A stretch of 64,000 nucleotides of DNA, taken from NCBI GenBank assembly GCA_046301955.1, contig JBKCJE010000012.1:590-64589 (forward strand), given 5' to 3'. The stretch's first letter is position 1, and the number at the start of each line of letters is the position of its first letter. Below are positions 38,134-49,003 of the stretch, in pieces. The DNA is from Bacteroidota bacterium. Lineage in GTDB: Bacteria; Bacteroidota; Bacteroidia; NS11-12g; UBA955. The notes beneath the pieces are model-generated. The model made no database searches and had not been told where the DNA came from. It saw nothing but the letters and a program-made list of their open reading frames with translations. Position numbers and translations under genes: made by a program.

Positions 38134-40026
38134 TCAATAAGCACGCTCTTTCCTGCCCTCGATGTAATTGACAAACGCGCGATTTGCTACTTGATTTCCA
38201 CCAGGCGTTGGATAATTGCCTGTGAAATACCAATCGCCGCGGTCGCCGGGGCAAGCCTTGTGCAAGTTTTCAACCGATTGGAATAGGATATCAAATTCAG
38301 CACGCAAATCTTTTGGCTTCAACATCTCAGCAATTTTTTTGCTTACTTCAGCATCGGCTAGTGGCGCATAAATATCTTGAACCACGCAACGCTGTTCAGA
38401 TGCAGATTTCGACAATTCGACCTTCGCAGCCTCGTAGGTTTTATCGAGTAGCGATGCCATTCCTTTGTCTTTCAACAGTTCCACGGCTGCAGCAAATGCG
38501 GCGAAATCACCCATTTTACTCATGTCAATACCATAGCAATCTGGATACCGTATCTGGGGAGCAGAACTCACCAGAATAATTCGCTTTGGCTCCAAACGAT
38601 CCAAAATCCGCAAAATGCTGCGCTTCAATGTTGTACCCCGAACCACACTATCATCCATGATTACCAAGGTATCATTCCAACTCTTTACTACACCATAAGT
38701 AATGTCATATACATGCCCCACCAAATCATCCCGATCAGAATCATTGGTGATAAAAGTCCGCATTTTTACATCTTTTACCAAGATTTTCTCTCTACGCGGA
38801 CGCCAACTCAAGATTTCTTTCACCCTCTCAGGCTCATTTTTCACATCGATTTTCGATAATGCCTCGGCTTGTAAATCTCGCCGAATCTCATGAATCCCAT
38901 CAATCAATCCATAAAAGCTGGTAGCGGCTGTATTTGGGACATAACTAAATACCGTGTTCACCAAATCATTGCCCAATAAACCCATTACAGGCGTGGCCAA
39001 CAATCGACCCAAATCTTTTCGCTCATGATAGATGGCTTGATCGTTACCGCGACTGAAATAAATTCGCTCAAAACTGCAGCTCATGCGCTCTGTGGGTGGC
39101 AAAATATTCACCTCTTCCACATGTCCACTCTTGCGGACCAACAGCGCATTACCTGGACCCAATTCCTGCACATCTTCAGGATATACATTGAAAGCAGTTT
39201 GAATCGCCGCTCGCTCACTTGCTACCACAACAACTTCATCGTCTATATAGTAATGCGACGGACGAATGCCCGCCGGATCGCGAATAATAAACGCATCGCC
39301 ATGACCCAACATACCGATCATGTTGTAGCCGCCATCCACGTTCTTGAAACTGCGCTTCAAAATGTTCGTGAGCGATATCTCCTCTTTAATCTTCTCAGAA
39401 ATCTCCAAATTGGTGAATCCCTGCGCCTTCATCACCCCAAACAACCGTTGGTTCTCTTCGTCAATAAAATGACCGATTTTCTCCAACATCAATACATTGT
39501 CACTCTTCTCTTTGGGCTGCTGTCCCAAATCGATTAACGCATTAAATAATTCATCGGTGTTGGTGATGTTGTAGTTGCCTGCTAACATCAGATTGCGCGC
39601 CATCCAGTTGTTCTGACGCAAAAATGGATGGATATTCTCAATGCTATTCCCGCCATAAGTACCATAACGCAAATGACCTAAGAGCATCTCGCCCGCATAG
39701 GGATAGTGCTTTCTCAAGTAATCTGCATCATTGCGGAATTCTTTCGGAATGTCGTTCAATGCCGCACCCACTTCCTCAAAAATATCGGTTAGTGCGGTCT
39801 TACTGGCGCTGCGTTTACGGGCCAAATACCGGGCACCATAATCAGGATCCAATTTTACAACCCCCATGCCCGCGCCATCCTGGCCACGATTCAATTGTTT
39901 GGTCATCAGGTACTGCAGCTTGGCTAAGCCGTACCAAAAAGTGCCATACTTTTCTTGGTAATACTCCAACGGTTTTCTCAACCGAATGAAAGCAACACCA
40001 CATTCATGTTTAATCGCGTCACTCAT
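38134..40026 (-). CDS. purF: Amidophosphoribosyltransferase (long, roughly 630-aa Bacteroidota-type form)
   Basis: N-terminal Ntn glutamine amidotransferase (MSDAIKHECGVAFIRL; Cys directly after the processed N-terminus), then the PRTase domain (ILVKDVKMRTFITNDSDRDD; VVIMDDSVVRGTTL PRPP loop). Confidence 0.85.
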   Translation of the reverse strand: MSDAIKHECGVAFIRLRKPLEYYQEKYGTFWYGLAKLQYLMTKQLNRGQDGAGMGVVKLDPDYGARYLARKRSASKTALTDIFEEVGAALNDIPKEFRNDADYLRKHYPYAGEMLLGHLRYGTYGGNSIENIHPFLRQNNWMARNLMLAGNYNITNTDELFNALIDLGQQPKEKSDNVLMLEKIGHFIDEENQRLFGVMKAQGFTNLEISEKIKEEISLTNILKRSFKNVDGGYNMIGMLGHGDAFIIRDPAGIRPSHYYIDDEVVVVASERAAIQTAFNVYPEDVQELGPGNALLVRKSGHVEEVNILPPTERMSCSFERIYFSRGNDQAIYHERKDLGRLLATPVMGLLGNDLVNTVFSYVPNTAATSFYGLIDGIHEIRRDLQAEALSKIDVKNEPERVKEILSWRPRREKILVKDVKMRTFITNDSDRDDLVGHVYDITYGVVKSWNDTLVIMDDSVVRGTTLKRSILRILDRLEPKRIILVSSAPQIRYPDCYGIDMSKMGDFAAFAAAVELLKDKGMASLLDKTYEAAKVELSKSASEQRCVVQDIYAPLADAEVSKKIAEMLKPKDLRAEFDILFQSVENLHKACPGDRGDWYFTGNYPTPGGNQVANRAFVNYIEGRKERAY

Positions 40027-40145
40027 GGAAATTGTAGGACAAAGTTACATGATTCGGGGCGATGAACTTTTAGTAAAAATCGCAAAAATTGTGTGACTAG
40101 CACTTAGATAAGTAGAATGACATGAAAAAATGCCGTGCAAAGATT

Positions 40146-40153
40146 TACTTTTG
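40146..40153 (+). promoter_or_regulatory. TACTTTTG -7-like box upstream of the 3-hydroxyanthranilate dioxygenase gene
   Basis: TAnnTTTG match 44 nt upstream of the ATG, in the purF/HAAO divergent region. Confidence 0.25.
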
Positions 40154-40197
40154 TGTTGTTGCAGTCGCACTTCTGCTTCATTTAAACCCAAACAACC

Positions 40198-40716
40198 ATG
40201 GAAATTCGCAAGCCTTTTAACCTCCAAACTTGGATTGCCGAAAACCGGCATTTATTGAAGCCACCCGTTGCCAACAAGAATTTATATCCCGAAGGCACAG
40301 ACTATATCGTTATGATTGTGGGTGGTCCCAATGCACGCCGCGATTATCACTACAACGAAACCGAAGAGTTGTTTTACCAACTCGAAGGCGAAATCACCAT
40401 TAGAACACAACAAAACGGTCAGCGTGTGGATGTAAAACTCGGTCCTGGCGATATGTTCCTACTTCCTCCCGGCGTACCACACAGTCCCGGTAGAACAGAA
40501 GGTTCCATTGGTTTGGTGATAGAACGTGTTCGCGTTGGCAAAGGATTTACTGACGGACTACTTTGGTTCTGTGAAAATTGCAACAACAAATTGCATGAAG
40601 CATATTTTGAGTTAAAAAACATCGAAACAGACTTCCTCAACCACTTCAATCACTATTACGATTCTGAAGCACTGCGTACTTGCAAAGAATGCGGTGAAGT
40701 GATGCAAAAACCCTAA
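40198..40716 (+). CDS. 3-hydroxyanthranilate 3,4-dioxygenase (cupin) with a C-terminal Cys4 rubredoxin-like site
   Basis: 172 aa; cupin iron ligands (HYNETEELFYQLEG ... PPGVPHSP); C-terminal CENCN...CKECGE four-Cys motif typical of bacterial HAAO. Confidence 0.8.
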   Translation: MEIRKPFNLQTWIAENRHLLKPPVANKNLYPEGTDYIVMIVGGPNARRDYHYNETEELFYQLEGEITIRTQQNGQRVDVKLGPGDMFLLPPGVPHSPGRTEGSIGLVIERVRVGKGFTDGLLWFCENCNNKLHEAYFELKNIETDFLNHFNHYYDSEALRTCKECGEVMQKP

Positions 40717-40727
40717 TTAATCGCTGG

Positions 40728-41633
40728 TTATTTCTCCAGGGCCAACAAAGCCAATCCCTCTTCAAACGAGTGAGGGGTATAGCCCAATTGTGCTATCGCT
40801 TTGCTGATGTCTAGGCCTGTGATCGGCGGACGTTTGGCAGGCTGATTCAATGTACTACTATCTACCCGGTTGATGCATTCCATGGAATATCCATAAAACG
40901 ATGCCACTCGCTCCACCAATTCTATCACACTCATATAATCTTTACCCGCAATGTTGAAAATGCCCTGAGCCCGCTGCGCGGCCGCCAAAAAACAACCCAT
41001 TGCCAAATCCTCCGCCAGTGTAGGTGTGCGGAATTGATCGGTAACTACATTGGCCGACTTCTGGTTTTTCAATGTGCCATGGGCCCATAAAACAATGTTC
41101 GTTCTGCTCATGTCTGACACCTGACCATAAACCAACACCGTGCGCAAAATGCTGTAACTGTTCGCAAATTCTATTACACGCTTTTCTCCTTCCAACTTAC
41201 TCCATCCATAATAGCTCAATGGATGCGCCTCATCCTCTTCCGTATACATCGGCTTGGTACCGTCAAAAATGAAATCCGTACTCACATGAACCAAATGAAA
41301 ACCCAATTTTGTACTCAATTGCGCCAAATGTTCCACTGCTGTTACATTCAATGCCACACATTCGTCGCGTTTAAATTCACAATCATCGACTTGTGTCATT
41401 GCCGCAGTATGAATCACAACATCAGGCAATTCACGGTTTAACATCACCTCCATTGCACCAAAATCGGTAATGTCTAAGGTCTCATAGCGATACCCTTCAT
41501 CTGCTGGGTGACGGTTTCCCCCCGCACCAGTAGCCAATAAATCCCAATCTAACTGTTGTAAAAACAAATCTGTGAGCTTCTGACCCAACAACCCATTGCT
41601 GCCCGTTACCAATACCTTCTTTCTGTTTGTCAT
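40728..41633 (-). CDS. SDR-family NAD(P)-dependent reductase, dTDP-4-dehydrorhamnose reductase (RmlD)-like. Start set at MTNRKKVLVTG; the track ORF extends spuriously to 41918.
   Basis: VLVTGSNGLLG Rossmann motif and YGWSK catalytic Y-x3-K. The 301-aa length fits RmlD. The in-frame extension upstream would run into the divergent promoter of the next gene. Confidence 0.6.
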   Translation of the reverse strand: MTNRKKVLVTGSNGLLGQKLTDLFLQQLDWDLLATGAGGNRHPADEGYRYETLDITDFGAMEVMLNRELPDVVIHTAAMTQVDDCEFKRDECVALNVTAVEHLAQLSTKLGFHLVHVSTDFIFDGTKPMYTEEDEAHPLSYYGWSKLEGEKRVIEFANSYSILRTVLVYGQVSDMSRTNIVLWAHGTLKNQKSANVVTDQFRTPTLAEDLAMGCFLAAAQRAQGIFNIAGKDYMSVIELVERVASFYGYSMECINRVDSSTLNQPAKRPPITGLDISKAIAQLGYTPHSFEEGLALLALEK

Positions 41634-41714
41634 GGAAATTTTCTGGAAACAAAATTCCGACATCCGATCGCAAACACCAAACCCGATTTCCCACACAAAC
41701 TCGTGATTTAGCCG

Positions 41715-41722
41715 TATTTTTG
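41715..41722 (+). promoter_or_regulatory. TATTTTTG -7-like box 4 nt upstream of the FAH-family gene (near-leaderless)
   Basis: TAnnTTTG match ending 4 nt before the ATG at 41727. Confidence 0.3.
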
Positions 41723-41726
41723 TCGT

Positions 41727-42746
41727 ATGAAATTGGTCACCTTTCAAACCGATGGTCGCCCACAAACCGGTATCCTGGTTCAATCCAACATTTATCCCCT
41801 TCACACCATTCAGCCAAACATCGCCAATAACATGCGCGATATGCTGAACGATTGGGATAATCAGAGTGCCTTGGCAAAAGCCGTTGAAGCCGAAATTCTC
41901 GCAGGCAAACACAGTCACCTAGCTGTTCCCTGTTCAGACGATATTCTGTTGGCCCCCGTGCCCCAGCCAAGCAGCTGTAGAGATGGATATGCCTTCCGCC
42001 AACACGTCGCTGCCGCAAGAAGAAACCGTGGTGTGCCCATGATCCCTGAGTTTGATCAATATCCCATCTTTTACTTTACCAACCACAACGCAATCCAAGG
42101 TCCAGGCGCAATCCCCTGCATGCCAGACCACTTTGAAAAATTGGACTTTGAACTTGAAGCAGCCGTTGTACTTGGAAAGCACGGAAGAAACGTGAAAGCC
42201 GAAGACGCCGACCAATACATCGCTGGATACATGATTATGAACGACATGAGTGCTCGCCGATTGCAAATGGAAGAGATGCTTCTCAACCTAGGCCCCGCCA
42301 AAGGCAAAGACTTCAGCACAGTTATCGGTCCTTGGTTGGTTACACCCGATGAGCTCGAACCATACAAAATTGCGGCGAAACCCGGACACATTGGCCACAG
42401 CTACAACCTCAACATGAAATGCTGGGTCAACGATATCCAAGTGAGTGAAGGCAGTGTGGGTGATATGGATTGGACCTTCGCCGAAATCATTGAGCGATGC
42501 GCTTATGGTGCCGATATTTTTCCTGGCGACGTCATCGGCAGTGGAACTGTAGGTACTGGTTGCTTCCTTGAATTAAACGGCACTGGCAAACTGAATGATC
42601 CCCAATACAAAGAACAATGGTTGCAAGATGGCGATGTCGTTGAAATGGAAATTACCGGATTGGGCCGCCTCAGCAATACCATTGTCAAAGAAAACAGCAA
42701 CTTCAGTATCCTCGCACTGAAAAAAATGCCCCAAGAAAACCCATAA
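41727..42746 (+). CDS. Fumarylacetoacetate hydrolase (FAH) family protein
   Basis: 339 aa. The C-terminal roughly 220 aa show FAH-fold metal-binding region features ([11 protein letters not shown] ... DVIGSGT). Confidence 0.7.
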   Translation: MKLVTFQTDGRPQTGILVQSNIYPLHTIQPNIANNMRDMLNDWDNQSALAKAVEAEILAGKHSHLAVPCSDDILLAPVPQPSSCRDGYAFRQHVAAARRNRGVPMIPEFDQYPIFYFTNHNAIQGPGAIPCMPDHFEKLDFELEAAVVLGKHGRNVKAEDADQYIAGYMIMNDMSARRLQMEEMLLNLGPAKGKDFSTVIGPWLVTPDELEPYKIAAKPGHIGHSYNLNMKCWVNDIQVSEGSVGDMDWTFAEIIERCAYGADIFPGDVIGSGTVGTGCFLELNGTGKLNDPQYKEQWLQDGDVVEMEITGLGRLSNTIVKENSNFSILALKKMPQENP

Positions 42747-42750
42747 TTTA

Positions 42751-43560
42751 TTGATTACGAAAGATATGAGACGCAATCACGAAATCGACTACCGCATCTT
42801 CGGCGAAGAAATGCAATGTGTAGAAATTGAACTTGATCCACAAGAAACCGTTATGGCTGAAAGTGGTAGCTTCATGTTCATGGACGATGGCATCGAAATG
42901 GAAACCGTTTTCGGCGATGGTAGCCAACAAAGCGGTGGGATTTTCGGCAAACTCATGGGCGCAGGTAAGCGTTTGCTCACCGGTGAATCGCTATTCATGA
43001 CGGCCTTTACCAATACCGGCTTCAATAAATCTCGGGTAACATTTGCAGGTCCTTATGCCGGTAAAATCATGGCACTAGACCTTCAACAGCTCGGTGGGAA
43101 AGTTATATGTCAGAAAGATAGTTACCTCTGCGCTGCCAAAGGTGTGAGCGTAGGCATAGAATTTCAGCGCAAACTTGGCACCGGCCTGTTCGGTGGGGAA
43201 GGTTTTATCATGCAAAAACTCGAGGGCGATGGTTTGGCCTTTGTACACGCAGGCGGACATGTCATGGAGAAAGAATTGCGTGCTGGTGAATTCTTGCGCA
43301 TCGATACTGGGTGTATCGTGGCGTTTACCTCAGGCATCGATTACGATATTCAAATGGTTCGCGGTGTAAAAAATGCCTTGTTCGGTGGTGAAGGATTGTT
43401 CTTCGCCGTTCTCAGAGGCCCTGGTAAAGTGTGGTTACAAAGTTTGCCTGTATCTCGGTTGGCCAGCAAAATCTTGAGTTATGGCGCCCCAGGTGGACGT
43501 CGCGAAGAAGGCGGTATCCTCGGTGGATTGGGCAATATCCTTGACGGAGACGGTTTTTAA
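42751..43560 (+). CDS. AIM24 / TIGR00266-family protein
   Basis: 269 aa. N-terminal [31 protein letters not shown] pattern and Gly-rich C-terminus, typical of DUF124/AIM24. Confidence 0.6.
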   Translation: MITKDMRRNHEIDYRIFGEEMQCVEIELDPQETVMAESGSFMFMDDGIEMETVFGDGSQQSGGIFGKLMGAGKRLLTGESLFMTAFTNTGFNKSRVTFAGPYAGKIMALDLQQLGGKVICQKDSYLCAAKGVSVGIEFQRKLGTGLFGGEGFIMQKLEGDGLAFVHAGGHVMEKELRAGEFLRIDTGCIVAFTSGIDYDIQMVRGVKNALFGGEGLFFAVLRGPGKVWLQSLPVSRLASKILSYGAPGGRREEGGILGGLGNILDGDGF

Positions 43561-45965
43561 TTGAACCAATAAACCCATTTCGCAGCCAACGTTCTAAACG
43601 ATGGTCCCAAAAATGTATTGCGATTGGGTAAAACCGACTGAAACTGATCGTAATTCTGACTGTAAACCAAGAAGAAATCGCTCATTGGGCGATATCTCCA
43701 TTGAAAACGCAAGTTCACATTCATCTTTTCTGATTGCGTATTGTACTGAACAAAACCCGTAAAGTAGGTATTGGTATTGATGCTATACTCCGCTTTAAAA
43801 CCAATCAAATTAATGGTAGAAGCGAATGAATCACCCATCAGCACATTGATGTGGTTGAAATTCGCATTGAATAACAACAGCGGTAATTTTTGTTTACCCA
43901 AACCCTTTACTCTGTAGGATAGATTGCCGCCAAATTCGTATTTCTTTCCCAAAAAATAACCGCCGTAAGAAGCTTCCAAAAAACCACTCAATGGCTTGCG
44001 ATTATTCGTGGTGAATTCTGTGTGAATGCCAGTCCATTGGTATTTGCCAAAGAACAACCGGCCCTCATCCAAGGGGTCAAAAGGCAAAAACAAGTCGTAA
44101 TACGAGTGATCAAAACTCACATGGAACATTGAACTATTTTGAAAATTCAAATCCAGTCCAATCTCCGACTCTGATTCCGTACCGTGAAAACTGCTATCAA
44201 AATAACTATTGTTACTTATTACGAGCCCATAGTGATTGATGTACTTGTTCCTTTTGGGGTAGAGGCTATACGTCAACATCGGTTCCAATCGCCAATAATC
44301 ATACTTGATAATCTTCCCTGAAATTGGATCAAAATTATCAGTACGAGGAACAAAACCCGTCCTTGCCGAAAACTGCTTACTCACATACTCATGGTTCCAC
44401 ATGGCCATCCAATTCAAACTTCGGTAGCGCAACCAGGTAGCATGGGCATACCCCGCATCTCCGCGTAGACCCGGATATAAAGATTTCTGAACAAATCCTT
44501 TACCTGCCCATAAATTGCTCTTGGTCAGCAAATTGAATTCAGTACCCAAAACAGTGTTGTAATCTCCAGTATTTCTTGGTTTACCGTCTTTATCCAAATA
44601 AGACACCAATGCATTTACCCTTTGGTCATGAACAGCGATGAATGCCACGTTGCTTGCTGCAAATACCTTGCGCTGCAAAGCAAACACCGAATAATTCGTT
44701 GCCGCCACAGCATCCGCACCTGCTGTGCCCGACTCCTGTGATTGCGTGGTGATATTCATCAATCCCAATCGCACATTGCTGCCTATCTTACCCGACATCC
44801 GAACACCGCCCAAAATGGGTACGGGTCCGCTGCTGCCCAAGCCAATTCTTCGGGAGAAAAACGGACGTATCTGTCTGAAGCCGAAGCTTGCAAACAAATC
44901 ACTGTTCTCAATGAAAAACTGCCTGCGCTCGGGAAAAAACAAGCTGTAACGCGTCAAATTCACCTGTTGCACATCCACATCCACTTGAGCAAAATCGGGG
45001 TTGACCGTGATATCCAAATTCAAACTCCTACTCAATCCCACCTTGGCATCAAAACCAATTTTGGGTGTACCGGTCACCGGATCAGAAAAAGAAGACCGCT
45101 TGCCCGTCTGACCTTGCTGGCCCATTCCACTGAGGTAGGGTATAAAAACCAAGTTTCTGTTCTTCCTCACGAATTCAGTCGAATTTGATTGTGCATCGCT
45201 GACATTCCCTTGAATCATGGCATCAGGATTGTTCGATCCAAAAGATAGCGAATCACAAAAAACCAATGAACTGATATTGAAATTTCGTGGAACCCGGGCA
45301 AATGCCGAGATTTCATTGTTTTTAAAATCAAACCTCGCCACGTTAAATCGCCAGAACTTCTCACTCGGATTGAACCGCAAACTGTTAAAGGGAATGGCAA
45401 TCTCCGCTACCCAATGATCTGCATAGCGCTTTGTGGCCGAAAACCACACCTGATCCCATGCTGTTGTTACACCAAAACCACCACCATTCTCCACCGAGCC
45501 CTCGCGTTGAGAGTTAAAAGGCGTTACCCCAAAGGAAAAACCATTCTGTCCGTCATTGAACGGACTCAATGTCAATACAACTGCATCCGTATTGGTTACA
45601 CTAAAATCACGTTTTAAACTCTGAATGACATAGGGTTTTTCTGGGTTGCGATTTTCGCAAATGATTATTGCGTATAGGAATTTTTCATCATACGCCATCG
45701 CAAAGCGGGTCTGTGTCTCTGCCTTGGATGTATCATATGGATAGTGCTGTATAAATTGATCTATGTCTTCTTCCTGCTGCCAAACAAACCGACCATTGGT
45801 TTGACCATTGCTCGCACCCAATGATTTTGCGTTTTTCCAAACCGATTCATCCAAGACACCGTCAACAACTACAGGTTCCTGTGTTGGAACGATGACAGGT
45901 ATTTTCTGAGCCCATAACGCTAAGTTAATTGCAATGGTTGCAAAAAATAATACGACGTGTTTCAT
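43557..45965 (-). CDS. DUF5916 / CBM9-like domain-containing large secreted protein. Start set at [20 protein letters not shown]; the track ORF extends to 46103.
   Basis: 802 aa; signal peptide; N-terminal CBM9-like region then a large beta-rich domain. The chosen ATG overlaps the upstream gene's TAA (TAATG). Confidence 0.4.
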   Translation of the reverse strand: MKHVVLFFATIAINLALWAQKIPVIVPTQEPVVVDGVLDESVWKNAKSLGASNGQTNGRFVWQQEEDIDQFIQHYPYDTSKAETQTRFAMAYDEKFLYAIIICENRNPEKPYVIQSLKRDFSVTNTDAVVLTLSPFNDGQNGFSFGVTPFNSQREGSVENGGGFGVTTAWDQVWFSATKRYADHWVAEIAIPFNSLRFNPSEKFWRFNVARFDFKNNEISAFARVPRNFNISSLVFCDSLSFGSNNPDAMIQGNVSDAQSNSTEFVRKNRNLVFIPYLSGMGQQGQTGKRSSFSDPVTGTPKIGFDAKVGLSRSLNLDITVNPDFAQVDVDVQQVNLTRYSLFFPERRQFFIENSDLFASFGFRQIRPFFSRRIGLGSSGPVPILGGVRMSGKIGSNVRLGLMNITTQSQESGTAGADAVAATNYSVFALQRKVFAASNVAFIAVHDQRVNALVSYLDKDGKPRNTGDYNTVLGTEFNLLTKSNLWAGKGFVQKSLYPGLRGDAGYAHATWLRYRSLNWMAMWNHEYVSKQFSARTGFVPRTDNFDPISGKIIKYDYWRLEPMLTYSLYPKRNKYINHYGLVISNNSYFDSSFHGTESESEIGLDLNFQNSSMFHVSFDHSYYDLFLPFDPLDEGRLFFGKYQWTGIHTEFTTNNRKPLSGFLEASYGGYFLGKKYEFGGNLSYRVKGLGKQKLPLLLFNANFNHINVLMGDSFASTINLIGFKAEYSINTNTYFTGFVQYNTQSEKMNVNLRFQWRYRPMSDFFLVYSQNYDQFQSVLPNRNTFLGPSFRTLAAKWVYWFN

Positions 45966-47242
45966 TAGTCGGTACCGGCAATATTGCGTTTTTGAGCGAT
46001 GGTTAATGCATTCAATTTTACGTAATACGCTTTGCGTTTTGATGGGACATAAAATTTCAATAGCGAACCAACACGCAATTGATTTCCTTGCAATCGATTC
46101 CAAGATTTCAATTGTTCAGGCGTACAATCAAATATATCGCTCAGTGTGTAAACTGCATCGCCAGATTTTATCTTGTAGTACACCCAAACCTTGGTATCTG
46201 CAGGCCCACTTAAAATTGTTTTCGGCACAGGCGGGGTAACACCATTCGTATCCGTTATCGATTGATCACTGCCCGATACAGTCACATTCACCGCAGAATC
46301 ACCATCGCCTACAACCATCGTATCCACTTTGGTCACGCGCTGTGTGAGCAGGGGTTTGCTATTGACCCAAACCGACAATGAATCACGCTTTTGGTTATAA
46401 AGATCGGCATATCGCTTGGGTAAATTAAAGGCACAGGGCTCACCCAAAAAGGGAACTGCATCCGCCCGAAACTCAGGATTTAAGTTTCTCAAATCAGAGA
46501 GTCCAACACCAATTTTATCATTTAATACGGCGAAAGGAACCACCATGTTTACAGAAGTGACACCAACAGCATCGCTGCGTTCGATTGCAATGGGTTTGAT
46601 GCCATATTGCTGGGCGTGATGAAGAACCGCCACTGCCGCATAAAACTGAATGATGGGCAATCGCTCTTCAGGTTCCAATGCTTCATAAATATGGGCAAAA
46701 TCCAAATCGCCATCCAACGCGTGAATCACTTGATTCAAGCGAATTGGACCAATTCTAAATGCCGTTATCGCCTTTAGCCAATCACCGTAAATCACGTAAA
46801 GATCACGCAAGTATAAGCAAGCTGCCTCGGTAGATTTTTCAGGATCCCTGCGCTCATCAAACATCGCAGTCTGACGCAAATTGTATTTTTTACCAATGGT
46901 ATAGCTCAAAGGCCACATCCCCGATGCACCACTCTCGTCACGGTATCTTGGCTCATACCCTGAACTACCCGCTGGTATATACTTCACAAACCAAGGAAGT
47001 CCATATTTTAACGCAATTCGATCTATTCTATCGCCATAAAACTGCATTCGACCATAGAAAATTGATGTGCTTTCGTTTTCATTTTTCAGCCAATCTGATA
47101 CCGTTTGTTCGATGTCGTTGTTATAAAAGAAGGGCAAACCCCTCACTTCCAACGTTTTCAGACGCAATTGAACATCGTTCTGACCTATGGCCAAACCGCA
47201 CACCATGACCCATACTATGAAGATGCGAATTCTCAAACTCAT
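45965..47242 (-). CDS. Lytic transglycosylase (MltD-like SLT domain) with C-terminal LysM repeats
   Basis: SLT motifs (ESGASGMWPLSYTIGKKY; DERRDPEKSTEAACLYLRDLYVIYGDWLKAITAFRIGP). Two C-terminal LysM-like segments (YYKIKSGDAVYTLSDIF...). Confidence 0.7.
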   Translation of the reverse strand: MSLRIRIFIVWVMVCGLAIGQNDVQLRLKTLEVRGLPFFYNNDIEQTVSDWLKNENESTSIFYGRMQFYGDRIDRIALKYGLPWFVKYIPAGSSGYEPRYRDESGASGMWPLSYTIGKKYNLRQTAMFDERRDPEKSTEAACLYLRDLYVIYGDWLKAITAFRIGPIRLNQVIHALDGDLDFAHIYEALEPEERLPIIQFYAAVAVLHHAQQYGIKPIAIERSDAVGVTSVNMVVPFAVLNDKIGVGLSDLRNLNPEFRADAVPFLGEPCAFNLPKRYADLYNQKRDSLSVWVNSKPLLTQRVTKVDTMVVGDGDSAVNVTVSGSDQSITDTNGVTPPVPKTILSGPADTKVWVYYKIKSGDAVYTLSDIFDCTPEQLKSWNRLQGNQLRVGSLLKFYVPSKRKAYYVKLNALTIAQKRNIAGTD

Positions 47243-48663
47243 CCCAGGGTTTCTTCCAACAATTTTGACAAGTCAAACAAGGTATTCTCTTCCAACAAAC
47301 CTGTCATCAATTGAACGCCCATTGGCAATCCAGATTGCGTTGTGCCAGCGGGAATAGAAATCGCTGGGTTACCTGCCAAATTCGCCTGAACTGTCAACAA
47401 ATCTGCCATGTACATGGCCACGGGATCCGCTGCTTTTTCACCCAACTTAAAGGGTGGTGTACTTGTAGTTGGCAACAATATGGCATCGGCATTGGCCAGC
47501 ACCTTCTCCGTTTCAATTTGAATTACTCTGCGAACACGCTGCGCTTTGTCATAGTAAGCATCGTATTGATCACTGCTCAACACAAACGTTCCCAACATGA
47601 TTCTGCGCTTTACCTCTTCACCAAAACCTTCAGTGCGAGTCAATGTGTAAGTAGAATCTAAATCATGGGCCAATTCGCTGCGCTTACCGTACAACATTCC
47701 GGAATATCGCGAAAAATTGCTCGATGCTTCAGCGGTAGTTAATACATAATACGCAGGCACCATATAATCCAATAACGGAAAATCAAAATAGGTGATTTCA
47801 TGTCCTGCCACTTCCAACTTTGCAATCAAATCCAACATCATCGCCCTTACTTCGGGGTCGATACCTTCTTCTGCTACCGCTTGCTTCATGACAGCAAAAC
47901 GCGCCTTCGCGGGGGCTGTTGGAACGGAATATTTGGGTGCTGGCTGTTGATATAAAGTAGCATCTTGTCCGTCAGGACCTGCCATAATTTCTGTAAGTAA
48001 AACCACATCTTCCAGGGACTGAGCCATGGGGCCAATTTGGTCAAAGCTGGATGCGTAAGCCAACAAACCCCAGCGTGAAATCAAACCGTAAGTGGGTTTG
48101 AATCCATAGATGCCGGTAAAGGCCGCTGGCTGTCGGATTGAACCACCCGTATCGCTGCCCAAAGCCGCATGGGCCATATGGGCTTGCACAGCTACGGCAC
48201 TTCCACCTGAGGATCCACCTGGCACACGGGTATTGTCTGCTGCGTTTAATACTGGACCAAAGGCACTGTTTTCATTGCTTGCACCCATTGCAAATTCATC
48301 GCAGTTGGTACGACCGATGAAAATGGCATCTTCATCCAACAGACGTTGAACAACCGTGGCAGAATAAATCGAGGTAAATCCTTCCAAAATTTTGGAGGAC
48401 GATCCCACGCGATGGTCTTTGTAAGCCAAAACATCTTTCAAGGCAATCACACAGCCCGCCAAACGGCCCGCTGTACCTGCTTTTACCTTGGCGTCAATGG
48501 CTTGAGCCCTTTCGATGGCTTCATCTCCCCAAACCTCCAAAAAGGCGTTTAAGTGCTTATTTAATTCGATATTTTTTAGGTAATAATCTACCAGAGACAC
48601 ACATGAAATGTGGCCTGCGTTCAGGTCTTCCCGAATTACTGAAATCCGGCTGTAGTGCTTCAA
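47239..48663 (-). CDS. gatA: Glutamyl-tRNA(Gln) amidotransferase subunit A (amidase-signature family)
   Basis: 474 aa; amidase signature (GGSSGGSAVAV; Ser-cisSer-Lys triad context); GRTNCDEFAMGASNENSAFGP matches the GatA family. Confidence 0.75.
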   Translation of the reverse strand: MKHYSRISVIREDLNAGHISCVSLVDYYLKNIELNKHLNAFLEVWGDEAIERAQAIDAKVKAGTAGRLAGCVIALKDVLAYKDHRVGSSSKILEGFTSIYSATVVQRLLDEDAIFIGRTNCDEFAMGASNENSAFGPVLNAADNTRVPGGSSGGSAVAVQAHMAHAALGSDTGGSIRQPAAFTGIYGFKPTYGLISRWGLLAYASSFDQIGPMAQSLEDVVLLTEIMAGPDGQDATLYQQPAPKYSVPTAPAKARFAVMKQAVAEEGIDPEVRAMMLDLIAKLEVAGHEITYFDFPLLDYMVPAYYVLTTAEASSNFSRYSGMLYGKRSELAHDLDSTYTLTRTEGFGEEVKRRIMLGTFVLSSDQYDAYYDKAQRVRRVIQIETEKVLANADAILLPTTSTPPFKLGEKAADPVAMYMADLLTVQANLAGNPAISIPAGTTQSGLPMGVQLMTGLLEENTLFDLSKLLEETLG

Positions 48664-48665
48664 GA

Positions 48666-48848
48666 TTACTCCTTGTTCTCTTTGGGGTCCTCGTTCATTC
48701 CTTTGCGAATTTCGTTGCCAACATTGTTCTTGGCGTCTTGAAATTCTCTTACACCACGGCCTAAACCGCGCATCAGCTCAGGAATCTTTTTGCCGCCGAA
48801 AAGCAACAAAACGAGTACCAAAATCCAAATCCACTCTTGTCCACCCAT
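48666..48848 (-). CDS. tatA: Twin-arginine translocase TatA/E. Start set at MGGQEWIW.
   Basis: Single TM helix then amphipathic helix [22 protein letters not shown], the TatA signature. Confidence 0.75.
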   Translation of the reverse strand: MGGQEWIWILVLVLLLFGGKKIPELMRGLGRGVREFQDAKNNVGNEIRKGMNEDPKENKE

Positions 48849-49003
48849 ACCAAATACTAATAAATGAAACGTGCTCATTGCCCTTCAAAAATACGATAAA
48901 ACTGCGAGGGATGCACCCTTTTTTCTACTTTGCCACCAAACTGGCACTATTCTCTAAGAACCCCACGATAGAAAGGTATACTTCAATGCATGATTCAAAG
49001 GCG

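Noticed and set aside
41634-41918. The 396-aa track ORF extends the RmlD-like reductase by 95 N-terminal residues.
   Set aside because: The extension is not SDR-like and would occupy the divergent promoter of the FAH gene (TATTTTTG box at 41715). The Rossmann motif begins right after the internal Met at 41633.
45966-46103. N-terminal extension of the DUF5916 ORF (MESIARKS…) overlapping the upstream LysM/SLT gene in another frame.
   Set aside because: The internal Met at 45965 yields a proper signal peptide ([20 protein letters not shown]) and a neat TAATG stop/start overlap with the upstream gene.
48913-48945. Short hairpin AGGG-atgca-CCCT followed by TTTTTT on the plus strand upstream of tatA.
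   Set aside because: The stem is only 4 bp and the orientation is terminator-like only for the plus strand, where no gene ends. For the minus-strand genes it is wrongly oriented. Probably part of the tatA promoter/leader.
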